Shown here piece after piece: positions 12,884-26,083 of a DNA stretch of 64,000 bases (its first letter is position 1; the number at the start of each line of letters is the position of its first letter). Origin of the DNA: Octopus vulgaris (lineage: Eukaryota). A program made the translations under genes and the position numbers. The notes beneath the pieces were generated by a model. It was not told the DNA's origin and did no database searches. It saw only the letters and a program-made list of their open reading frames with translations. The DNA lies in the NCBI GenBank assembly GCA_951406725.2, contig OX597814.1:216442001-216506000 (forward strand). Reading direction: 5' to 3'.

Positions 12884-13106
12884 TTAACCTTTTAGCGTTT
12901 AAACTGGCCATATCTGGCCCAAACATATAACATGTTTTATATTTAAACTGGCAAGATCCATCCTCTGTAACACCGGCCCTACAATGTCATGCTAAAAAAA
13001 TAATCACATTATCACAATGTTTAAGCTATGAGATAATGGCATCGATTCAAAACAATGTGAATAGACAAACATTGCATTTGGCTGAGGAATCTGAATGGTA
13101 AAGGGT
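12884..13106. mobile_element. TTAA-type MITE
   Basis: Termini ttaaccttttagcgttt ... aatggtaaagggt are inverted repeats. A related copy occurs in opposite orientation at 35019-35733. Confidence 0.6.
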
Positions 13107-13282
13107 GGAGATGGATTCCTGTCTGAGTCCTGCCCAGTTGTTCTGATCTCTCTCTTAACTGTAATTATATGGGAGAAAGAGAAGTGATAGGAGAGAGAGA
13201 GAGAGAGAATTTACTTTGACAACAAATGATGTATTTAATAACTTAACAATGTTTTTCCTAATTATTTTCTTTTCATTTGCAG

Positions 13283-13317
13283 AGCAAAATTACATGTTGA
13301 AATCATGGCGGAGAAAG
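13283..13317 (+). CDS. PARP14-like exon 2 (35-nt micro-exon; ATG at 13305, MAEK-G)
   Basis: Polypyrimidine tract + ttgcAG acceptor, strong-context atcATGg, donor AAG|GTATTT. Phase 1 joins in frame to 31867 (MAEKGISASSMEGED...). Confidence 0.7.
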
Positions 13318-13533
13318 GTATTTATTTATTTTTTAATCATAGTTTTGTAAAATTTTCTCTTTTTGACTTAAATTTTCAAAAATACTACTTGTGAAAATTT
13401 ACAGAAATAAAACAATAAAACCTTTACCCATCATCATCAGCAGCAGCATCATCATTATCATCAGCTTCATAATTATAAACTTACCATCAACATCACCGTC
13501 ATCACTATGATAATCACCATCATCATCACCATC

Positions 13534-13567
<34 letters not shown>

Positions 13568-14790
13568 GCATCGAGCATCATCATCATCATAAACATCATG
13601 GTCATGATGTCCATTATGATGATGCATAGACAGCAACTAGCCTGAAAGTATGTCCTTCACAGTCTTTCACGTCCAAAACCACCAACCTACCTTCCGGATC
13701 CAGGAAGATCATCTGTATTGCAAGATCCAGATTTTTCTGAACCATCACGGTAACTCCACCTCCCACTCCCAGATGACTTCCCAAGATGCATACACCTACT
13801 TAATACAAAGAAATTTCAAATTCCAAAATATTAACTTAAATTGAAAATAACTGAATTTGTGATGAATCCTAGAAATGCTGACTGCCATGGGTGAATGATA
13901 TATTTTGAGAGACAAACTTTGAAGTACCAAGTGAGGTGATATATTTGCAGAAAATAAAACAAACCTGAATATAGAATTGTTGTGAAAACAGCTTAGCAGA
14001 TGAGGTAAATACCTTTGAAAGACACATAAAAAGAAGAGTGGCCTCGCAAGCCACTACAGAGAATCAAAGCGTGTACCTCTTTAATTTCAGTTAAGCTGTA
14101 CCATTAAGTAAGCCCTGACATCACCTACCATCTTCTATAATGCTAAATATCTTAAAATTACAGAAATATTTTAATTTGTTAAAAATAATCACCTTTTGTT
14201 TTTGTCACTTGTTTTATAGCTAATATTTATTGACAAGGCTTTCACTGTAACATTCCTATCATAGAGCACTTTCACTCTGACACAACTTTTGTATAATTTC
14301 CTTTTAAAATAATTCACATATTTTGATTTAAAATCAATTGGGGTGGGGTGGGGGGGGTAGGTTACTTAACATATTTTTGGGTCATTTAAAGCCACACCAC
14401 TGTTTTGTGGCTAATATCTTTTAATGAGTTTCTCACAAAAAATTCATCTCATTGAGCACATTCTTTTAAAGTCAATTTCTTTCAAAATTATTGAAATATT
14501 TTCATTCAAAATCAGTTTTTCACTTGACTTTCTCATTTTCACCTCAAATATTTTGACCTAACTTTTTTTCTAATGAACGATGATGATGATGATGATGAAA
14601 TTTCAATTATTTATATCCAAATGTAGCTTTGGATGGACCATTATTGCTAAAAAAAACTGAATTGAATTTGGTTTGGAACTGACTTAGCGATGGAGGCGAG
14701 AAGTACTTATGAGTGATTCAAATTTGACCTTAAGAATATATTAACCACTATTATAGATTAATCATATGTATATCTATCTATCTATCTGTT

Positions 14791-14846
<56 letters not shown>

Positions 14847-14930
14847 CTTTGATACTTTGATAGGTTTCGGCCATTATTGGCCCAGGCCATGTCTAACTTA
14901 ATAGCACCACCTGCGTATATATATATATAT

Positions 14931-16720
14931 ATCATCATTATCGTTTAACGTCCATTTTCTATGCTAGCATGGGTTGGACAATTTAACTGGGGACTGGCAA
15001 GCCAAGAGGCTGCACTAGGCTCCAATCTGACCTGACAAAGTTTCTATAGCTAGATGCCCTTCCTAACACCAACCACTCTGAGAGTATAGTGGGTGATTTT
15101 TGCATGCCACTGGCACAGGGAGCTAGTCAGGTGGCACTGACATCGATCCACACTTGAATGGTGCTTATTACGTGCCACCAGCACAAGTGCCAGTCAGGTG
15201 GCACTGGCATTGCTCACAACTACAATTTCCATTTCCATTTTGATTTCAATCTTGATTTGCTTTTGGTTTCTGATTTTTGATTTTGATTTTACTCGATTTA
15301 ATATGTCCTCTCAAGCATTGCACATCACATGGGGATTCAAAGGTACTTTTAAAGGGCTGGTTATGCGACATTGGTGTAGTCTATGGCTGTGGTCTCACTT
15401 TGCTTGCTGGGTCTTCTCAGTCACAGCATATCTCTAAAAGTCTCGGTCTCTTGTCATTGCTTCTGTGAAGCCCAATGTTCAAAGGTCGTGCTTCACCACC
15501 TCATCCCATGTCTTCCTGGGTCTCCCTCTTCCATGGGTTCCTTCCACTGTTAGGGTATGACACTTCTTCACTCAGCTCTCTTCATCCATATACAGCAAGG
15601 TCATCTCTCTTGTACACCACATCTGATGCTTCTAATGTCCAATATTTCTTTCCAGATGCTTACACTCTGCCATACATGCACACTGACATTAGACATCCAG
15701 CAGATCATACTAGCTTCATTTCTTTTAACCCTACGTATATCCTCAACAGTCATGGCCCGTGTTTCACAGCTGAGTAGCATGGCTGTTCACACATGTGCAT
15801 CATACAATCTACCTTTCACTCTGAGTGAGCGGCACTTCGTTACCAGCAGAGGTAGGAGCCCTCTGAACTTTGCCCAACCTATTCTTATTCTAGTGGCAAC
15901 GTTTTCAGAGCAATCACCCACACTACAGACTCGGTTGCCTAGGGAGCAGAACCTATCAACTACTTCTAGTTTCATCCCTTGGCATGTGATGGAATCTGTT
16001 TTCTGAACATCTTCAGTGTTTATTGCACCTGTGCATCAGCTGCACACAAAAACTATCATCCTGGTTAACTTTCCTTTGATATTGCTGCACCTCTTATGTG
16101 TCCATAGCTTACTCTGGGTACATCTTATGGAGTTTCTACCAATGCTTTTTCTACAGATCGGGCAGGGCCATCTACCTGAAAGGGGTTTGTGATTTATTTG
16201 CTTTCCTACTTACTAGGACTTTGGTTTTTACTACATTGACTCTAAGGCCCTTCAATTCTAGAACTTGCTTCCACACCTGGAACTTCATTTCTAGTTCTGG
16301 CAGTGGCTCAACAATTAGAGCAAGATCATCAGCATAGAGAAGCTCCCAGGAGAAGCCTGTCTTGAATTCCTCTGTTATTGCCTGGAGGACTATAATGAAT
16401 AAGAGGGGGCTGAGCACTGGTCCTTGGTGAACCCCTACTTCTACCTGGAATTCTTCACTATACTCGTTGTTGCCAACCTTCACCTTATTGACAGCATCCC
16501 TATACAAGGTCTGTACAGCTCTTACTAACCACTTGTCGATCCTTAGTTTTTGCATTGCCCAACAGATAAGGAATCAGGGGACCCTGTCAAAGGCTTTCTC
16601 CAAGTCAACAAAAGCCAAGTACAGATGTTTTTCTTTGGCTATGTATTTCTCCTGCAGTTGCCTTACCAGAAATATAGCATCAGGGGTGTTTTTCCCTGGC
16701 ACAAAACCAAACTGCGTCTC
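14931..16720 (-). mobile_element. RTE LINE, 5'-truncated, with (ATG)n tail
   Basis: VGVHQGPVLSPLLF, ELLYADDL, RIRIGWAKFRGLLPLL on the minus strand; 3' UTR and catcat tail at the low-coordinate end. Confidence 0.9.
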
Positions 16721-16734
16721 ATATACAAAATAAT

Positions 16735-17060
16735 CATCATCATCATCATCATCATTTAGCGTCCGTTCTCCATGCTAGCATGGGTTGGACGGTTCAACTG
16801 GGGTCTGTGAAGCTGGAAGGCTTCATCAGGCCCAGTCAGATCTGGCAGTGTTTCTACGGCTGGATGCCCTTCCTAACGCCAACCACTCCGTGAGTGTAGT
16901 GGGTGCTTTTTACGTGCCACCCGCACAGGTGCCAGACAGAGCTGGCAAACGGCCACGAACGGATGGTGCTTTTACGTGTCACCGGCACGGGGCCAGGCGA
17001 GGCTGGCAATGGACACGAACGGATGGTGCTTTTACGTGCCACCAACACGGGACATAATAT
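16735..17060 (-). mobile_element. RTE 3'-end insertion with 14-bp target-site duplication
   Basis: atatacaaaataat at 16721-16734 and 17061-17074 flanks a (cat)n-tailed RTE 3' UTR. Confidence 0.85.
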
Positions 17061-17063
17061 ATA

Positions 17064-20000
17064 TACAAAATAATTGGACAAAATAATGGAAACACCTTAC
17101 AGTTTCAAACAAATTTATTTTAATATGGGGCAGGACAGCCTTTGCCAGTAATTACAGCTTGAATTCTATGAGGTATGGACTCATACAAAGTTTGAATTTT
17201 CTCCAAAGGTATTTTTGTCCATTCTTCAGCTAAAACAGTCTCCAGTTCCTGATGGTGGAGGATATCGACTCCTTACATGTTTTTCTAAAATGCATCAAAA
17301 ATGTTCAATAATATTGAGATCTGAGGACTAAAGTGGCCAGATAAGATGTTCAACTTCACTAGAATGTTCCTTGTGCCATTCAGTAACAACTTTAGCTGTG
17401 TGAATTGGTGCATTATCATCCTGAAGGATTTCTTTTCACTCCACAAACAGTTCTGCAACCATAGGATGAATTTGATCAGATGAAATGCTTAAATAGTCTT
17501 GACTATTAATTCTGCCATGAAGGGAAACCATTGAGCTGGTGCATCTCCAAAATATAGGCCCTTTCCCTCCGATCATGTTTAGAAGTTGGAAGAAGGCAGT
17601 CTTGGTTAAATGCTTCTTTTGGCTGTCTCCACACTGGTGGTCAGAAATAAGGTAAAGGATGACTTGGTCAGAAATAAGGTAAAGGATGACTTGTCTAAGA
17701 AAATAACATTCTTCCACTGCTCTAGTGACCAATTCTGTAGGTTTTTACTCCACTCTGAATGCTTTGCAATGTTTGTTTTTGAAAGTAGTGGTTTTCTGAT
17801 TCCAGCCCTCCTGTAATATCCAGCTTTGTGTGGCTCCTGGTGAACAGCTTTTGTGGAAACTGGATTCTCGAGGTGCTTATTAAGCTCTCCAGTATTTTTG
17901 GGAGTTGTACTTTTGTGATTCTTTCTAACAATTCACATAAGAGTCTTACAGTCCCTATCTGAAAGTTTTGCTTTTCTTCCAGAGTTTTCTTTCGAGGAGG
18001 TTTTTCCCTCTTCTTCTAAGGGTATCATTACTTTTGAGGCAGTACTTCTTGATTTGCCAAGCATTTTGGCTGTTTGTTATGCTAGTGCCTGCGATAAGGG
18101 CACCAATAATTTGTCCTCTTTGAAAGTCCGATAGATCTGTCATTTTAATGAATTTTAATTCCGTTTTTCAGATGATATCTGAAAAGAAACAGCAATTTTG
18201 TCAAAACATATTAAGCAACACTAATAATAAATCAAAAAACATAAAAATAGACAAGCTGTAACAGGTTTTATAGATCACCATCATCATCATCGTTTAGATT
18301 CCACTTTCCATGCTAGCATGGGTTGGATGGTTCAACTGGGGTCTGGGAAGCCAGAAGGCTGCACCAGGCCCAGTCTGATCCAGCAATGTTTCTATGGCTG
18401 GATGCCCTTCCTAACTCCAACCACTCTGTGAGTGTAGTGGGTGCTTTTTACGTGCCACCGGCACAGGTGTCAGTCGGGCCTGCCAAACGGCCACGATTGG
18501 ATGGGGCTTTTTATGTACCACTGGCACGGAGGCCAGTTGGGGCGTCACTGGTGTTCAAATGGTTCTCTTACGTGCCACTGGCATCACAGCTACAATTTCC
18601 ATTGATGTTAATCGATTTCGATTTTGATTTTGATTTTCACTTGCCTCAGCAGGTCTCCACAAGTAGAGTTTTGTGTCCCAAGAAGGAAAGGTATGCATAA
18701 GTGGACTGGCTACATCCCAGATAGAGGCTACAGGTTATGGCCTCACTTGTCCTGCCGGGTCTTCTCACGCACAGCATACTTCCAAAGGTCTAGTTAGTCA
18801 TTTCCTTGGTGAGACCTAAAGTTCGAAGGTCGTGGTTCACCACCTCGTCCCAGGTTTTCCTGAGTCTACCTCTTCCACAGGTTCCCTCAACTGCTAGGTT
18901 GTGGCATTTTTTCACACAGCTATCCACATCCATTCTCGCCTCATGACCATACCAGCGCAAACGTCTCTCTTGCACGCCACAACTGATACTTCTTAGGTCC
19001 AACTTTTCTCTCAAGGTACTTACACTCTGTCGAGTATGAACACTGACATTACAAATCCATCGGAGCATACTGGCTTCATTCCTTGTGAGCTTACGCATAT
19101 CCTCAGCAGTCACAGCCCATGTTTCACTGCCATGTAGCATGGCTGTTCATACACATGCATCATACAGTCTATCTTTTACTCTGAGCGAGAGGCTTTTTGT
19201 CATGAGCAGAGGTAAGAGCTCTCTGAACTTTGCCCAGGCTATTCTTACTCTAGCAGTTACACTTTCAGCACACCCACCCCCGCTACTGACTTGGTCACCT
19301 AGGTAGCGGAAGCTATCAACTACTTCTAGTTTTTCTCCCTGGAATGTGGCGGAAGTTGGTCTCTGCGCATTCTCAGTGTTTATTGCTCCTGAGCATCTGC
19401 CACATACAAAAACTATCTTCCTAGTTAGCCTTCCTTTGACATTGCTGCAACTCTTATGTGTCCATAGCTTACACTTGGTGCATCTTATAGAGTTTCTACC
19501 TATGCCTCTACTACAGTTCGAGCAGGGCCATCTACCTGAAGGCGTTTGTGGTTTGTCTACCTTCCTACTTATTAGGATTTGGTTTTAGCTAGGTTGACTC
19601 TAAGCCCCTTCGATTCTAATCCTTACTTCCACACCTGAAACTTCTCCTCCAGTTCTGATAGTAACTCAGCAATTAGAGCAAGGTCATCAGCATAGAGGAG
19701 CTACCAGGTTCATCCTGTCTTGAATTCTTCCGTTATTGCCTGGAGGACTATGATAAATAGGAGGGGGCTGATGACTGAACCTTGGTGGGCCCCTACCTCC
19801 ACCTGGAATTCTTCACTGTACTCGTTGCCAACCTTCACCTTACTAGCAGTGCCCCTGTACATGGCTCGCACAGCTCTCACTAACCATTCATCTATCCCTA
19901 GTTTCCTCATTGACCACCAGACAAGGGATCGGGAGACCCTATCGAATGCTTTCTCCATGTCAACGAAAGCCAAGTACAGGGGCTTATCTTTGGCTAGGTA

Positions 20001-20253
20001 TTTCTCCTGCAGCTGTCTTACCAGAAATATAGCATCATTGGTGCTTTTTCCTGGCACGAACCCAAACTGCATCTCATCTAAACTAACTCTCTCTCTAATT
20101 AGTTGGGCTATGACCCTCTCCATAACCTTCATTACCTGATCCAACAGCTTGATACTTCTGTAATTATTTGTATCTAGAGCATCACCTTTACCTTTGTAGC
20201 AGTTGACTATTATATGATGCTCGGTGTTTCCATTATTTTGTCCAACCCCTGTA
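17064..20253 (-). mobile_element. Tc1/mariner DNA transposon, degenerate, interrupted by an RTE
   Basis: TIRs ttggacaaaataatggaaacacc (17074-17096) and ggtgtttccattattttgtccaacccctg+TA (20223-20253). Transposase start MTDLSDFQRGQIIGA at 18143(-) and QDDNAPIH-type motif near 17410-17425(-). Confidence 0.88.
18275..20208 (-). mobile_element. RTE LINE nested in Tc1
   Basis: QFGFVPGKSTNDAIF, FVDMEKAFDRV, HQGSVISP, LHGSETW, RRLRWYGH, GRGRLRKTW; (cat)n tail. Confidence 0.92.
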
Positions 20254-20255
20254 TG

Positions 20256-20308
<53 letters not shown>

Positions 20309-20720
20309 ATATGTATAGAAAAATGTAACAGAAAATGTAGATGGGAATAGAAATAGAAATAAAAACAAAATTAATAACAATCATAATAATTATAATAGAG
20401 AAACACATTGGAATTTTATAGAATACAAGGAGCATATAAAAACATTAAAAAATATAAATAGAATGAAGAATAAAATTAAAAATAGAAATATAAGGAAATA
20501 TATAAGATTAAATGATAGGCAAAAATTAGATCCAATTATAAATAATAAAGATAACAATAACAATAATAGCATAAATAAGGATACGAGAAATAATAATATA
20601 AACATAGATAAAAATAAAATAATTTGGTTGATAGTCCCTTATGGGATCCAGATTAAAGATAATATTATAAAAGAAATCACTAAAACAATAGAATCATTTA
20701 TTATAGAAAATAAAATCATC

Positions 20721-21760
20721 GGCAATCTGGCTCTTGCGGGCAACAAAAACCTGAACCATCTCCAAACTGCTTCCTTCGATTGGAAGAGAGCAGATTGGAA
20801 CCTGTACCACACTGAACTACAGCACCCAAACTGGCGTGAATTCTACAACTCTGGAGATGTGAATACTATACTCCAGAGTATCCTGGACTCAATATGGGCA
20901 GCATGTGCAGCATCAGTGCCATGTAAACAGAAAAAGAACCGCCCCAAAAGTGCAATTTGGGAAACTTCAGCAGTCCGATTTGCCAGGAAGGAACGTCGAA
21001 CTGCTGAACGGGATTACAAGTTGCATAAATCAGACACCAACAGGAAGAAGCGGAATAAATCTTCCAACCATCTCAAGCAAGTGGTGGATGTTGTCTACCT
21101 TGACTTTGCTAAGGCTTTCAACTCTGTGTCACACAAAAGGCTTATGGTGAAACTCTCTGCAATGGGTGTGAGGGATGACCTTTTTAACTGGTTGAAGTCC
21201 TTCATTCTCAACCGAAAGGAGGTGCTGTACCTTGAAATCAAGAGGACAGATCCTGTTGTCTACAGCTCTTTTTTGCAATCAGACCTGGACACAATGCAGC
21301 AATGGATCACAGACTGGCAACTGAAACTGGCTGTGGACAAGTGTACCACCATGCATTTTGGGAGAAAAAACCCTGCGTCCACATACTCCCTTTGACCTCC
21401 TGGAATCTGTTCAGAGACGTGCAACCAAATGCATACCCTCCATCAGACACCTACCATATTCTGAGCGCCTTGTTTCCCTGGGCATGGATTCACTGAAGCT
21501 CCGGCATCTGGCGACGGACTTGGTAAACACCCACAAATTTGTCAACCACCTCACCAATAACAACACTCTTTACACTCAGAGTTGCTGAAGCATGGAATAA
21601 ACTGCCTGCATCAGTTGTTGACTACCATGACACTGCATCCTTTAAGGCCCTCATGCTTTCCGAAATCCGTCGAAACTACACCTGATTATATATACACTTT
21701 CGATGAGTTGTAGTGCACCTGAGCACTGTACACAATGTTTATTATTATTATATTATTATA
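20721..21760 (+). mobile_element. CR1-clade LINE remnant with several internal deletions and (TTA)n tail
   Basis: FDWKRADW, DVVYLDFAKAFNSVSH, LQSDLD..W..WQLKL..KC, LESVQRRATK, Y.ERL..L, AWNKLP; QGSVLGP and YADD are absent. Confidence 0.85.
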
Positions 21761-22467
21761 CAAAATATACAGAAACATATTTTCAAAAAATAATATAGGA
21801 GTAGGATACTCTACTACTAATAATGTAAGGAATATTATTTCATCACTAAATAAATATTAGTTGAATGAATATTGCTATAATAAATTAAATAATTATCCCA
21901 ATAATAATGGTAGAGAATAAAAAAAGTGCAATTGTAGGGACAAAAATTAATTTTAACTTAAAAACAAAAGTAACTTAATGGATGTAGTATATAAATGTAT
22001 GGTTTCTTTAAATGAAGATAGGAATGACCAAAGCAAAATAAATAATAGAAATATTGAAGTAAGCTCAGACAGGACATACATAGGTTCAACATCGAATAAA
22101 ATTAAACAAAGAATAGCGCAGCATTTGCTCTCATTTAAAAATAAGAAATTAATGAACTCGACAGGCTTACATTTGGAGCCTAAAATTTAAAGAAATTAAG
22201 TATGAACTAAAGTGGGAGATAATAAGGAAAACTAAATCATATAGAATAGGGAATAAGTTCTGTCTGTTGTGTACTCACGAATTTATGCAGATTTTATGGG
22301 CTAAAACAACATTGCTCAATGCCCAGGATGAAAGAAAAATTAAATGCAAACGTAAGCTGAAATGTTTAATTAATAAGTTCTGATTCTCAAATAAATAAAC
22401 AAAAATTAATTGTAGGAAATTAAAACTTAGTTATATCCTTTGGATCAAAATTACTATTATATACCAT

Positions 22468-24690
22468 TCATCTTCATCATCATCATCGTTTAAAGTCCAT
22501 TTTCCGTGCTAGCACGGGTTGGACGGTTCGACTGGGGTCTGGGAAGCCAGGAGACTGCACCAGGCTCCAGTCTGATCTGGCAGTGTTTCTACAGCTGCTT
22601 GCCCTTCCTAACGTCAACCACTCCGTGAGTGTAGTGGGTGCTTTTTACGTGCCACCAGCACAGGTGTCAGGGGAGGCTGGCAGTGGCCATGATCAGTTGG
22701 TGCTTATTACGTGCCACCAGCACAGAAGCCAATCAAGGTGGCGCTGGCATCAGCCACGTTCAGATGGTGCCTTTTACGTGCCACCGGCACAGGTATCACA
22801 AATACAATTTCCATTTGATATTTATTTTGATGTTGATGTACTTGACTCAATAGGTCTCCTCAAGTACAGCAGGTCATGTGCCGTCGGCACAGAAGCCAGA
22901 CGAGGCGGCGCTGGCATTGGCCACGGTCAGATGGTGCTTTTTACGTGCCGTCGGCACAGGTATCATAACTACAATTTCCATTTGATATTAATTTTGTTGT
23001 TGATGTTGATGTACTTGACTCAATAGGTCTCCTCAAGCACACCAGGTCACCCTATGATCCAAGGTGAGCACAGCAGGTCGTTCTGCAATCCAAGGTACTT
23101 TGGATGGGCTGGGGCTATGCAAAACTGGTGCAGGAAGCATGGCAGTTCACACACATGCATTGTACAATCTACCTTTCACTCTGAGCAAGAGAGCCTTTGT
23201 CACTAGTAGGGGTAGGAGCTTTCTAAACTTTGCCCAGACTATTCATATTCTAGTGGTGACCCTCTCTGAGCATCCACCTCAACTACTAACTTGGTCACCT
23301 AGGTAGTGGAAACTATAAACTACTTCTAGTTTCTGCCCCTGGTGTGTGATGAAATCTGTTTTCTGAGTATCTGTGGTGTCTATTGCTCCTGTGATCTGAC
23401 ACACATGAAAGCTATTTTCTCGGTTAATTTTCATTTGATGTTGTTGCACCTCTTATGCGTCCATAGCTTACACTGGGTACATCTTATGGAGTTTCTAACT
23501 ACAATTTTTCTACAGATCGAGCAGGGCCACCTGCCTGAGGGTGTGTGTGATGAGTTCGCCTTTCTGCTTACTATAAATTTAGTCTTTGCTACATTTACTC
23601 TAAGGCCGTTTGATTCTAAACCTAGCTTCCACACCCGAAATTGCTTTTCTAGTTCTGGTAGTGATTCTGCTATGAGGGCCAGGTCATCAGCATAGAGGAG
23701 CTACCAGGGGCAACCCATCTTGAATTCCTCTGTTATTGCCTGGAGGACTATGATGAATAGAAAGGGACTAAGGGCTGAACCTTGGTGGACCCTACTTCTA
23801 CCCGGAATTCTTCACTATACTTGTTGCTAATCCTGACCTTACTAATGGCCTCTCTGTATAGGGCCTGTACAGCCCTTATCAACCATTCGTCAATCTCCAG
23901 TTTCCGCATTGCCCATCCGATAAGGGATTGGGAGGACCCTGTCAAAGGCTTTCTCCAAGTCCACAAAAGCTAAGTAGAGGGGTTTATCTTTAGCTAGGTA
24001 TTTCTCCTGCAGTTGTCAAACCAGGAATATGCCATCAGTGGTGCTTCTACCCAGAACAAAACCAAACTCTATCTCATCTAAGCAGACTCTCTCCCTAATG
24101 AGATGGACTATGACCCTCTCTGTGAACTTCATCACCTGATCCAGCAGTTTAATATCCCTGTAGTTATTCCTATCTAGAGCATCACCTTTACTCTTGTAGC
24201 AGTTGACTATATGGTGCTGCTACGCTAGTCATTGGGTATAACTCTGTTATGTACTACCTGGTTTACAATGCGGGTGACTAAGCCATAGCCCACACCACCA
24301 GATGCTTTAAGCATCTCAGCAGTGATTCCTGATGGCCCAGGGGCTTTTCCTAGCTTCATATCCTTAATTGCTTTAACTACTAGGGAGCTGTCTATTTGGA
24401 TAGCTGGTCCCTCTACTGGGTCAACATTTGGCAGGCTCTCCTCCTCCCATTCATTCTCAACATTCAGCAGTCTTTCATAATGGCTTCTCCAAGCCTCTTT
24501 CTTTTCAGAATCACTAAAAGCAAGTGCACCATTATCCATTCGAACACATTTCTCTCCTGTGACATCACAATTTTCTGTCACACACTGTCTTGCAATCCGA
24601 AATATCTGTTCTTTGGTCCTCACGTCTCTGGACATTGGCAAACTTATTCTTTTCCGCTTCACTTTTGGCTGTGTATACCTGTCTTGGCTA
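22468..24690 (-). mobile_element. RTE LINE, 5'-truncated, internally deleted near 23137
   Basis: KAPGPSGITAEML, NYRDIKLLD region, LLYADD, WPCSICRK; (cat)n tail. Confidence 0.9.
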
Positions 24691-25554
24691 TAGCCACATT
24701 AAAATATAACATATTATTTGGATAATTTCAGTTATGATAAATTTAATTACATTTGTAGCTGTACGTCACACAAGATTAGTTTGGAAATTTATAAATTTTA
24801 ATTCAGAAATGGAGTTTAAATTTTCAAGAATGATAGGAGAAATATAGTTATTAAACAATATTGAATTTATATAATTACATAAACACATAATAAATGAAAT
24901 TTCTATGAATCATAAAATATCTGAATCATGAGTATAAAGAAAAAACTTATTACTTGAATATCAGGAAAGATAGATGTTCGATCGTGAGACTGGGAGGAGG
25001 AATAAAAAAATTTTTAAATGAGGGAAAAGATAGATTATTCCCATAATACATTTACTTCCGGTTCCCCTGACAGTATTATGCTAATTATTGGGTAGTTTTA
25101 TTGTGTACCATTAATACATGGCAAGTATATATAAGAATAAATACTTTCTAAGAACCTTATAATATAAATTAAAATCAACTCAAATAACTTAGGAATTTTT
25201 AAGAATGGATTGAACGGTTTTGACAAGATGGAGACATATATTAATTTTGATGGGCGTAAATTGAAAAACATAAGTTAACACTCAATTTGTTCATAATTTT
25301 TACTTTTTACATTCTATTTTTAATTTTATTATATTAATTTATTAATTTTTATTCATATTCTTCTTGTAATTTTTATCCTGATTTATTCACATATTTTTTT
25401 TCATTCATATTTTTTCATTCGTATATTTTTTTAGTCGTATTTCATATCCATTTTTATTCCTTAAATTGCTTATATCTTAAATTTATAAGGTTTATGAATA
25501 GTTGTATTTTAACTAACGTAGTGATATATATATACTTATTAATGTGGGGAAAGT

Positions 25555-25652
25555 AGACCTGACGATTGGGGTTGCGTAAACATAATGAGTTCTTGAAAGA
25601 GACTGTGTGTCTTGATAACACCAAACGCACACTCATGAAATACGTGTAGTCT
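25555..25652 (+). ncRNA. Hammerhead-like motif with long stem II
   Basis: agac-CTGACGA-(71 nt including tgcgt/acgca and aagagac/gtctt pairings)-GAAA-tacgtg-TA-gtct. Confidence 0.5.
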
Positions 25653-26046
25653 CTAATATGGAAAATTTTCGAATTATGAATAGAAATATTAAGTATAATG
25701 TATAATATTCTATGGCATGGTTGAGTGAATAACTTTTGGAGTTGATGAAATTGTGGGTGTTTCTATCTGTAACGCTATTTTGATATATATATACGACTAA
25801 GGAAAGAAAACTCTGAATGACCCATCCTTGTTTTTCTTATCCCTTTTTTCTGTCATCTGTCTGAATGTTTTGTGTTCTTGTCCCATTTTTTGTATTCCTT
25901 TTTACATACATTTGGTGGTGTACGTTTACGTACACTTTAGCATCTTATATGTAAGAACTCGACTGAGGAAAGAAAACTTCAAATTACCCGTCCTTGTTCT
26001 TTCTTTCCTTTTTTTGTACCACCTAACATTTTTGTATTCCTTTTTT

Positions 26047-26083
<37 letters not shown>

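Larger units (their letters stand above)
20305..25790 (+). mobile_element. Degenerate 5'-truncated Naiad-type Penelope-like element, interrupted by CR1 and RTE (extent past 22470 inferred)
   Basis: KIIWLIVPYGIQIKDNIIKE (~20620), then KIYRNIFSKNNIGVGYS, KCNCRD, VVYKC..TYIGST..KQRIAQH, LKWEII..KSY..FCLLC (21761-22380), collinear with the C-terminus of the intact 42948-45083 ORF. Begins after (TA)n; an AT-rich tail with a hammerhead-like motif ends at (TA)n near 25790. Confidence 0.65.

Noticed and set aside
13399-13625. Poly-Asp/His ORF; similar low-complexity ORFs at 36194, 42234 and 62632
   Set aside because: Translations of (CAT)n, (TA)n and (CA)n microsatellites.
20463-21395. 310-aa ORF as a novel fusion gene
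   Set aside because: Chance in-frame junction of a decayed PLE and a deleted CR1; no catalytic RT motif or splice structure.
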